A DNA stretch of 32,000 nt. Origin: Hyperthermus butylicus DSM 5456 (lineage in GTDB: Archaea; Thermoproteota; Thermoprotei_A; Sulfolobales; Pyrodictiaceae). The notes under the pieces are model-generated. The model did not search any database and was not told where the DNA came from. It saw only the letters and a list, made by a program, of their open reading frames with translations. Where the stretch lies: the NCBI RefSeq assembly GCF_000015145.1, contig NC_008818.1:300001-332000 (forward strand), given 5' to 3'. Below are positions 16,401 through 23,773 of the stretch, one piece after another (within the stretch, counting starts at the first letter, position 1; each line of letters opens with the position of its first letter). The position numbers and the translations under genes were made by a program.

Positions 16401-17623
16401 ACCTCGAGGGACTCGTATATCTCGTCTGGCGGTAGAACACTGTTAGCCATGCCGTCCACGTCTTTGGCCGTAAGCGCGTACTTGTAGAAGCTCGGCAGGC
16501 TAACATCCACCGCTGGGAACATCCACTGGCTTGCCGGTATCTCGCGCTGCACCTCCTCGCTGAGCAGCCAGTCCACAAACTTCTTGGCAGCATCAAGCTC
16601 TGCACCACGTATAATCGCGACGCCCTCGACCTGCATCCAGCCGAGCCTCTTCCCACCCGCTGCTAGCACCGTGGCGTTAACCGAGGGCTCCTCAGCGCCA
16701 CCCTCCTTGGCGCTGTACCAGGCGCTGTATGCAGGGTCGGTGCCATAGCTTACAACTATGGCTCTGGGACTGCCCTCCCTCAAGAACTCGTCGTACGCAC
16801 TACCCCAGCTAGGCGCGATCATCATGCCATTCCCTACGAGCTGGCGCCATAGCTCCTTCCAGTCCCTCCCCTCAAGCCTCGATAGGGCCATAGTGTAGAG
16901 GAGGAAGTTAAGCCCCGTACTACTCTTGGTCGGGTCCTCGCCCACAATACGCGGTGCAAGCTTCACTAGCTCGTCGAGGGTTACACCGTCGCGGAGCATA
17001 GCTAGCTCCTCCTCGGTCAGCCGGGATGGGTCATAGACCAGTGCTATCAATCCATAGTCTATCGGCGTCGCACAATGATCCGGGTCAAGCGCATTGGCAA
17101 CCTCCAGGGGAGCACTGGGCGACAGATAGCACACAACCGCGTTATGCTTCTTCAGCTCCTGCAGCAAGATGGGATCAATACCTATCACAACGTCTGCCGT
17201 CTCCACTCCCTGGTCCAGCTCGTTCAGCACCTGGGTAACCATCTGCCTAGCACCGTCAAACCGGTATATCACCACGTCTATCCCAGTCTCGTTCTCGAAG
17301 CGCTGGACAAGCTTGTCGAAAAGCTCCTCATCCTCACCCCACGCCATAAAATCATCATAAGTGTAGACAACAAGCTTAACCGGCTTAGGGGTTATAGCTT
17401 GTCGTATCGGGCGTGAGTTTACAGTGGTGCCCGGGGATGGCTCTTCCAGGGTGTTAGGGTAGCTGTTATTGGTGCTGGTAAGGTTGGTTTTGCTATTGCT
17501 CGTTCCCTCGCCAACGCCACTACGCTGATAGGACACGTAGACCGCGAGCGCAGCCACAAGGAGAATTGCCAGAACCCCCGCTAGGAAGTAGACCGCCCTA
17601 CCCGTCACACCTAGCCACCCCAA
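16364..17623 (-). CDS. ABC solute-binding protein, Fe3+/thiamine (AfuA/TbpA)-like, membrane-anchored
   Basis: 419 aa. It has an N-terminal anchor and an S/T/N linker. The mature domain contains VKLVVYTYDDF, DVVIGIDPILLQELKK and GVAIIRGAELDAAKKFVDWLLSEEVQ, typical of PBP2 iron/thiamine binders. Confidence 0.75.
   Translation of the reverse strand: MGWLGVTGRAVYFLAGVLAILLVAALAVYVSYQRSGVGEGTSNSKTNLTSTNNSYPNTLEEPSPGTTVNSRPIRQAITPKPVKLVVYTYDDFMAWGEDEELFDKLVQRFENETGIDVVIYRFDGARQMVTQVLNELDQGVETADVVIGIDPILLQELKKHNAVVCYLSPSAPLEVANALDPDHCATPIDYGLIALVYDPSRLTEEELAMLRDGVTLDELVKLAPRIVGEDPTKSSTGLNFLLYTMALSRLEGRDWKELWRQLVGNGMMIAPSWGSAYDEFLREGSPRAIVVSYGTDPAYSAWYSAKEGGAEEPSVNATVLAAGGKRLGWMQVEGVAIIRGAELDAAKKFVDWLLSEEVQREIPASQWMFPAVDVSLPSFYKYALTAKDVDGMANSVLPPDEIYESLEVWLKDWLSIAGG
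17385..17505. repeat. Inverted-repeat copy A (reverse complement of 20804-20923)
   Basis: Hand base-by-base alignment found one substitution (17441) and one G-run indel (G4 at 17388-17391). This copy lies inside the SBP linker-coding region. Confidence 0.9.
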
Positions 17624-18603
17624 GCTGGCAATAACAAAGTGATAGGGGGGTCAATAACCCTCTCCTAGGCAAGAAGTGGGCCAGAAGTACCTCCCTAACA
17701 ACATCAACGAGTAACCAATACCACCTCCTTGACGCTGCACCTATGCCGCTCTTGCAGAGCAGTGTACGCATAAAACCAGTCTCATGATAATAAGGCCTAC
17801 CAAGTCTAGCATCTAGCCTTCTCATTTGCCCCCATTGTAGGCATACTCTATGACCTCCTTCTGATTAGTGTAGTGAGCGTAGCGGCTAGACAGCAAGGCA
17901 TGTACATACACTAACGTTATAGCGACACGATTATAATAGTTATTTCGTGATGGACAGCCCTGAAGGATAGAAGATGAACTACACTATGCTATGCTTCTCC
18001 AACACTCTGCAGCTGCCTTGCCTCTCCCGCCGAGATGGTGGAGGCGGGAGGCACTCGTCTACTTTAACGGAGCAGCAATGAATGTAGCTGCTAGCGTAAC
18101 CCACATCACCGCCAAGAGGCTATGCCTCGTTCTATCAGCATGTCTATCCTTTCCTCAACCTCTGCTATCCGTCTCTCCAACTTTTCCTCAAGCCTCTCCA
18201 TCCTCCCTGACCGCTATTTTTGCTATAGAGCACGTTTAGCACGGCTATCAGCAGCCCCCGACCACGATGCACTTCCGGTACTAGTGCTCTCGGATGAGCT
18301 TCTAGCGTTACTCCAGCTTCTCGCCTAGCTCCTAGCTCCCGGAGAAGCTGCCCGGTAAAACCCAACACCTAGAACCCTGCCCCGAAGAAGGGATCGCAAT
18401 GCTACCGTATCTTGTTGAGGCTATCGTGGAGGCCGGTGGGATCCTGCAAGCCCTCCGAGGATGGTTTGACGCGTCTGCTGGCTGTGAGAATTAGCAATCA
18501 ACCCTTCCTGGCTAGCTCACTTTGGGGTAGACCTCCTCTATGGTCATGGGCGGAAGACTGTATTAGTACTCCGTACGTGTGTCTACAGTTGGTGTCTACG
18601 GGT

Positions 18604-18826
18604 TTGCCTACGGTTGTTATTAGTGTGCGGGTAGGGAGGGAGGTTAGGGAGAAGCTTGAGAAGGCTGGGATCGGTATCGGCGAGGCTATTAGAGTGTACT
18701 TGGAGTAGCTGCCTGGAAAAATAGAGCCGAAAGAGCAATCAGTAAAGTGAGCCAGTTGCTTGCCTCTGTTAAGTCTACTGTGCTAGGGTTTGCTTCTAGG
18801 AGCATGAGGGAGGGCCATGAGGGTAC
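18604..18826 (+). pseudogene. Decayed ribbon-helix-helix antitoxin-like gene (in-frame TAG plus frame change)
   Basis: From TTG at 18604 the sequence reads MPTVVISVRVGREVREKLEKAGIGIGEAIRVYLE*. This is the RHH N-terminus typical of archaeal VapB-type antitoxins. A shifted frame continues VSQLLASVKSTVLGFASRSMREGHEG. No cognate toxin follows. Confidence 0.35.
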
Positions 18827-18862
18827 TTCACAAGTCTTGCCTGGCTTCCAGGCTACTGGTTC

Positions 18863-20041
18863 GTGGCGAGGGCTGACCCGGTCTTGGGGCGCTGTCTGCT
18901 CTGCGGGCGCGAGGGGCTTGTAGCCTCCTCTATCGGCGTCTGCGCCGAGTGTCTGCGCCAGCATCCTGGGGAGGCCCTGGAGCTTGTTTGGAGCCGGAGG
19001 GCCCGGTGGAGGAGAGAGCTTGGGTTACCGCCCGAACCACCCAGGGACCCTAGTGGTGTTCCGTGCAGGCTATGCGTTAACGAGTGCAGGATACCACCTG
19101 GTGGCCGTGGCTACTGCGGCATCTGGGCCAACCGCGGCGGAAGGCTCGAGCCGATAACCGGCCGTGGCAGGTTGGCTGTCTACACTTACCTCGACCCCCA
19201 CCCAACAAACTGTGTCGCTGAACCCGTCTGCCCAGCCAGCACGTCGAGGGGCTATCCACGGTACACGTTTACCCGGGGCGTTGAGAAGGGCTACTATAAC
19301 CTAGCCGTGTTTATGGCTGGGTGCCCGCTCGACTGCATTTTCTGCCAGAACTGGGAGCACAAAACGATGATAGCCCACGGCAGGATAGCAGCTAGGTACG
19401 TGATGAGTGTGGAGAAGCTTGTAGAGGAGGCTCTCAACCCGAGGGTGACATGTGTCTGCTACTTCGGAGGGGACCCAACACCATACATGCCCATGCTGAT
19501 AGAAGCCTCAAGGAGGATCCTTGAAGAGGCCAGAAAGAAGGGTCAATGGCCTAAAAGGATTTGCTGGGAGACCGACGGCCTGGCAAACCCCGCTGTCCTT
19601 CGGCAAGCCGCGAGGCTGAGCCTGGAGAGTGGCGGCATAGTGAAGATTGACTGGAAGGCCTGGACACCAAGCATATACGAGGCGCTAACCGGCGTGGACG
19701 GCGCCAAGGCTGTTGAGAGGTTGAAGGAGAATACTAGGATGCTAGCCGAGATGGCTGCTGAGAGGCCGGAACCACCGCTCCTCGTGGTCAGCATACTACT
19801 CGTACCGGGCTACGTTGATGCTAGGGAGGTCCGGGGTATAGCGGGCTACGTGGCAGGCCTCATGGAGGAGTATGGCGTGAACATACCCGTTGTCCTGCTA
19901 GCATTCCACCCCGACTACCTTGCCAGGGACCTGCCGCCAACCAGCCGCAGACACGCCGCCGAGGCGAGAAAAGCCGTGCTCGAGGCAGGCGTGAAAGAGG
20001 TCTACATCGGGAACATCTGGCTGCTGGGAGACTACTATTAG
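18863..20041 (+). CDS. Radical SAM enzyme, pyruvate formate-lyase-activase-like, with an extra N-terminal Cys-rich region
   Basis: The CxxxCxxC motif is GCPLDCIFCQNW. Upstream lie CLLCG...CAEC (zinc-ribbon-like) and CRLCVNEC...YCGIW (auxiliary cluster-like). 392 aa, GTG start. Confidence 0.8.
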   Translation: MARADPVLGRCLLCGREGLVASSIGVCAECLRQHPGEALELVWSRRARWRRELGLPPEPPRDPSGVPCRLCVNECRIPPGGRGYCGIWANRGGRLEPITGRGRLAVYTYLDPHPTNCVAEPVCPASTSRGYPRYTFTRGVEKGYYNLAVFMAGCPLDCIFCQNWEHKTMIAHGRIAARYVMSVEKLVEEALNPRVTCVCYFGGDPTPYMPMLIEASRRILEEARKKGQWPKRICWETDGLANPAVLRQAARLSLESGGIVKIDWKAWTPSIYEALTGVDGAKAVERLKENTRMLAEMAAERPEPPLLVVSILLVPGYVDAREVRGIAGYVAGLMEEYGVNIPVVLLAFHPDYLARDLPPTSRRHAAEARKAVLEAGVKEVYIGNIWLLGDYY

Positions 20042-20781
20042 TCGCTGCCGCCCAGGCTATTATCCAGCATGGACGCTATCTCCCGCGCTATCTCGCCCGC
20101 CCTCAACGTAGCATCACGAACGGCATCGATCACAGCCGACTTGAACCCCCTGCTCTCGAGGGTCCGAATAGCAGCTATCGTAGTACCCGCCGGCGTTATA
20201 ACCTCGTCCCTGAGAACGCCGGGGTGCACATCAGGGTTCTCGAGCAAGTACCTCGCGGTAGACTCGAGAAGCTCCGCCGCCACCCTCCGGGCAATACTCC
20301 TCGGAAGCCCAACAGCCAGCGCTGCCAGCACGAGCGCGTCGAGAAACTCTGCGACCAGCGCTGGCCCCGACCCGGCCACCGCCGTCCATGCATCAATGAA
20401 CTCCTCCGGGACATCGTACACCGTGCCAAAGCAGGAAAGGGCCCTCCTCACGAGCCCGTAGTGCCTCGCGTTGGGCGGAGAGTAGAGGGCTGTGAGGCTC
20501 CTCCCAACCCGTATGTTCAAGTTGGGCATAGCGCGGTAGACCTCAGCACCCTTCAGCACCTTCTGTAGGAGCGAAACAGGCACACCAGCCATCACAGAGA
20601 CGACCGGCTTGCCAGCAACAATACCCCCTATGTCACGGGCAACAATGGGGAAGTGGTAGGGCTTGACACTTATGAACACCAGGTCTGCACTCTCGACAGC
20701 ACACCGGTTACAACTGGTAGCCTCCAACCCAGCCTCACGGAGCAACACAAGCCTCTCCTGGCTGCGAGCCGTCGCAACCAC
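20038..20781 (-). CDS. proC: Pyrroline-5-carboxylate reductase; the true N-terminus lies upstream of the track start
   Basis: The body matches P5CR (..VKPYHFPIVARDI.., ..RAMPNLNIRVGRSLTALY.., ..VITPAGTTIAAIRTLE..). The dinucleotide-binding motif VRVAVIGAGKVGFAIARSL is encoded in frame at 20853-20797 with no ATG, GTG or TTG upstream of it. The 3' end overlaps the convergent radical SAM gene by 4 nt. Confidence 0.85.
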   Translation of the reverse strand: MVATARSQERLVLLREAGLEATSCNRCAVESADLVFISVKPYHFPIVARDIGGIVAGKPVVSVMAGVPVSLLQKVLKGAEVYRAMPNLNIRVGRSLTALYSPPNARHYGLVRRALSCFGTVYDVPEEFIDAWTAVAGSGPALVAEFLDALVLAALAVGLPRSIARRVAAELLESTARYLLENPDVHPGVLRDEVITPAGTTIAAIRTLESRGFKSAVIDAVRDATLRAGEIAREIASMLDNSLGGSD

Positions 20782-20803
20782 AGACGCGCCACAGCCACGC
20801 AGA

Positions 20804-20923
20804 GAACGAGCAATAGCAAAACCAACCTTACCAGCACCAATAACAGCTACCCTAACACCCTGGAAGACCCATCCCCGGGCACCACTGTAAACTCACGCCC
20901 GATACGACAAGCTATAACCCTAA
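20804..20923. repeat. Inverted-repeat copy B (reverse complement of 17385-17505)
   Basis: Same alignment as copy A. This copy covers the Rossmann-motif coding 5' end and immediate upstream of proC. Confidence 0.9.
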
Positions 20924-21281
20924 CGCTACCACACAATCAAAAATCATGAATTACGGAGGAGCCAGAAAGCAAGCCAACCAACAAAACACAACAACACATA
21001 GACGCACATGTCACACAAACCAATGGGGCTTCTAGGTTTTCGTGAGCCGCAGTGAGCGGTTTGCCAGGCCTGAGGAGAAGCACAAAGAGGCCAGGATGAC
21101 CCCAGCAGTCATAGCTCACTGGTTCGGAGTGAACAGCAAGGCAGAGCAGAAAGCAGAGCTAAGCTAACACGGAGCCCCAGACCGGGCAGCCCCTACACCC
21201 AAATCCCATAGCCCCATACCGTGTGAGGCAGGCTAAGACACAAACCCCATACCCCTCCACGCATAAGCCCCAGGTTAACAG

Positions 21282-21350
21282 GGGGCTGTGACGAACCAGG
21301 GATTATGCCTACCCTTGTGGGGTGACGAGTCCAGCCGAGCCCTGAGCCCC
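21282..21350 (+). ncRNA. Candidate non-canonical C/D box sRNA (weak)
   Basis: A terminal stem GGGGC (21282-86) / GCCCC (21346-50) flanks GTGACGA (21288-94, C-like) and CTGA (21342-45, D). A second GTGACGA (21322-28, C'-like) lies 13 nt before the D box. Both C boxes have C instead of U at position 5, and no D' box is evident. Confidence 0.2.
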
Positions 21351-21520
21351 AAACGATCCACTGTACAACTCAGAGCGTACAACTGTACCTAAGACACCGA
21401 TTTTAGTTTAATACTTTATGAACAGCCAAAAGGTTTAAAACTATATTACAGCTAACATATCTTATCGGTACACGAGCAGATAAACCCAAGGTAAAATATG
21501 CATAGAGGGGTGCATCCTAC

Positions 21521-21991
21521 ATGAAAATACGCGCAATTAGCCCCGTAATAGCCACCGTAATCATCCTAGCAGTAACAGTAGCAATAGCAATAGCAGTCAT
21601 CGGCTGGATTACCGGACTATTCGGCGCAACAACAAGCGGCACAGAGCAACTGATAATTTATCCGGATTCCAAGCTATATTGCTATACATCTAGTGCAACA
21701 GCTATTCTACATATAATGAACAAGGGTACAGCAGATTCAGTAATCGATAAGATTGAGATTGCAGGCCTTGGAACAACAGATAGCTTCACTGTGAATGGAC
21801 AAACTGTGGACGAGTACACGCTAACACGCGGTTCAGATGCGACAATAGAAGCTACCATAAGTAGCACTTGTACTGCTGGAGCATCCTACCAAGTAATCGT
21901 CTATACGAAAAGCGGGTATATGGTAAGTACTGTGATAGTTGCAGAAACGGGTTCACAACCAAGTTCACAAGGTACATCAACGCAAGTATGA
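21521..21991 (+). CDS. Archaeal type IV pilin-like protein (class III signal peptide, DUF1628-type N-terminus)
   Basis: The N-terminus MKIRAISPVIATVIILAVTVAIAIAVIGWITGLFG matches the prepilin-peptidase processed motif (K/R)-A-(I/L)-S-P-V-I-A-T-V-(I/L)-(I/L). The C-terminal domain is Ser/Thr-rich. The local context is low-GC. Confidence 0.75.
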   Translation: MKIRAISPVIATVIILAVTVAIAIAVIGWITGLFGATTSGTEQLIIYPDSKLYCYTSSATAILHIMNKGTADSVIDKIEIAGLGTTDSFTVNGQTVDEYTLTRGSDATIEATISSTCTAGASYQVIVYTKSGYMVSTVIVAETGSQPSSQGTSTQV

Positions 21992-22076
21992 AGTACCGGA
22001 GTACATAGTACTGCACCCTTCCGCTGATTTTGCACAGAATCAACAATACATTTTTACTTCACATACAACACTATGA

Positions 22077-23141
22077 TCAATGTTCCTTTCTTGCAAGTAT
22101 TATTATTCTTGTTAGGCTTCCGTGTACTCTCATGTAGTGGTGTTCTAGTGGTTTTAGTCCTGCTTGTTCGGTGTATTGTAGGGCTTTTTGTTCGGCCCAG
22201 TGTGGTGCTGCGTATGCTAGGTAGGCTCCTGGTTTGAGTACTCTTGCTGCTTCGTGGAGGAATTGTTCTAGGAGTGTTTCTAGTTTTTTGCCTCTTGTGG
22301 ATACGCTTCTTCCGTAGGGTGGGTCTGTTCCTATGCTCTGTATGCTGTTGTCGCGTAGGGGTAGCTGGGTTGCGTCCCATTGTGCTATGGTGATTATGTA
22401 TTGACTGCCGGGGTATGCTTGGAGGTTTGTTTTGGCTCCGTTGGCTAGTTTGTCTGCTAGCTCGCCGCAGATGGCTGGTATTCCGAGGGTTTGGGCTTCT
22501 AGGGGGAAGCCTCCTGTTCCGCAGAAGGGGTCTAGGTAGGGGCCGGGTGGGGCTGCGCGGGAGAGGTTCAGGAAGAGCCTGGCTAGGCGTGGGTCTAGGC
22601 TGCCTGGATGGAAGAATGGTCTTTTCTGCGGCCTGTGGCTGTCTAGGAGCTTCCTGTCCTGTACTGCTTGCCGTAGGCCCGCGACTGCTGCGCCCTGGGT
22701 TGCTATGATGTGTAGTGTTTTCGTTGGGTTCCGGGGGTCCATGGCGACGCCGCAGCTTCTCACCGCGGCTGTTATCTTTTCGGCTATGAGCCTCGCGGTG
22801 TTGTCTGGTAGCGCTTTCTTGGCGTAGCCGCGTACCCGTGTAAACTCGACCCTTACACGGTCTCCTGGCTCTAGGCTGCTGCATAGGTCTGTTGCTAGCA
22901 GGGAGTCCACAATATCGTCCACCTTTGGCTCGGAGGCTGCCAGGACGAGCCCCGCTTCGTGTATGAGGCCTGCCCTCCACGGTACCCGTTCCACGCTGCT
23001 GCAGTTGCAGGTGAACACTGCGAGCTGGTCGAAGACCTCTACTATCCGGTACCGGTAGCCCTCAGCCTCCAGTATGCCCCGGAGCTCTGCGAGGGGGAGG
23101 GAGGCGTGGAGGCCGCTCAGCAGTGCATAGTAGAGCTTCAC
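22077..23141 (-). CDS. tRNA (guanine-N2)-methyltransferase, Trm-G10/Trm11-type (THUMP-like N-domain + class I MTase)
   Basis: 354 aa. The SAM site is YLDPFCGTGGFPLEA and the catalytic motif is IGTDPPYG. The N-terminus MKLYYALLSGLHASLPLAELRGILEAEG resembles archaeal Trm-G10. Confidence 0.8.
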   Translation of the reverse strand: MKLYYALLSGLHASLPLAELRGILEAEGYRYRIVEVFDQLAVFTCNCSSVERVPWRAGLIHEAGLVLAASEPKVDDIVDSLLATDLCSSLEPGDRVRVEFTRVRGYAKKALPDNTARLIAEKITAAVRSCGVAMDPRNPTKTLHIIATQGAAVAGLRQAVQDRKLLDSHRPQKRPFFHPGSLDPRLARLFLNLSRAAPPGPYLDPFCGTGGFPLEAQTLGIPAICGELADKLANGAKTNLQAYPGSQYIITIAQWDATQLPLRDNSIQSIGTDPPYGRSVSTRGKKLETLLEQFLHEAARVLKPGAYLAYAAPHWAEQKALQYTEQAGLKPLEHHYMRVHGSLTRIIILARKEH

Positions 23142-23168
23142 GGCTGCACCCTCGTCTCCCGGGAGCGC

Positions 23169-23558
23169 CTACTTGTACCAGAGTGTTTCGAGGCCCATCA
23201 GTTCGAAGTGTTTGTCGTTGCTTACAATCCTTGCATGTAGAGCCTTTGCGACTGCCGCTATTAGAGCGTCGGCCACGGGCACGTTGTAGCGTGCTAGGAG
23301 CTTACCCGCCTCCACGGCCTCTCTAGCGCCTATAGGATGAACCGTGAACAAGTCCTGGAACTGAGTAGCCCTAAGTAGTGCCGCGTCGATGCCGAGCCTC
23401 CTGCCGGCGACGCGCAGGTACTCCGCCAGGACTATTGATGGTATCACCGCCTTCTCGCGGAGTAGTCTGCGCAGGAAGACGCGTAGCGCGTCGCGGTCGC
23501 TGCTGCTTGGTGGGAATGTGTAGGCTATGAGGAACCTTGTGTCGAGCACTAGCGCCAT
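23169..23558 (-). CDS. vapC: PIN-domain toxin VapC
   Basis: 129 aa. It begins MALVLDTRFLIAY and contains ...IVSNDKHF. It overlaps the upstream antitoxin gene by 10 nt. Confidence 0.85.
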   Translation of the reverse strand: MALVLDTRFLIAYTFPPSSSDRDALRVFLRRLLREKAVIPSIVLAEYLRVAGRRLGIDAALLRATQFQDLFTVHPIGAREAVEAGKLLARYNVPVADALIAAVAKALHARIVSNDKHFELMGLETLWYK

Positions 23559-23773
23559 TTCCGCCTCATCTCCTCGAGCTCCTCTATGAGCCTCTTATAC
23601 TCCTCCTCTCCCACGGGCTCGCCTGGCTCCGGTATTTCGGGCTTCTCGATGACTATCCTGCCATCCTCGACGCGGAGCACTAGATAGTCATTCTCCCGTA
23701 TCGCAAGCATGTCCCTAGCCTCCTTTGGCAGTGTAATCTGCCCCTTACGGCCAACTTTTACTAGGAAGTGCAT
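23549..23773 (-). CDS. vapB: AbrB/SpoVT-type antitoxin VapB
   Basis: 74 aa. VKVGRKGQITLPKEARDMLAIRENDYLVLRVEDGRIVIEK is a swapped-hairpin AbrB/MazE motif. A TATA-like ATATATAT lies about 40 nt upstream. Confidence 0.85.
   Translation of the reverse strand: MHFLVKVGRKGQITLPKEARDMLAIRENDYLVLRVEDGRIVIEKPEIPEPGEPVGEEEYKRLIEELEEMRRKWR

Noticed and set aside
17624-17830. Possible TPP riboswitch upstream of the thiamine/iron-type binding protein
   Set aside because: Only a UGAGA pentamer is present. The conserved CCUGAUCUGGAUAAUGCCAGCG-type core is absent.
21116-21132. T-arm-like hairpin TCACT-GGTTCGG-AGTGA; possible tRNA
   Set aside because: The loop does not fit the TTCRANY consensus. No acceptor-stem complement or anticodon arm could be built from the flanks. 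No other GGTTCRAAT-type motif was seen in the window.
22054-22980. 308-aa ORF (Arg/Pro/Thr/Ser-rich) on the minus strand
   Set aside because: It is an alternative frame of the Trm-G10/Trm11 methyltransferase gene. The coding strand there is T-poor, so stop codons are rare. The sequence is low-complexity and has no motifs.
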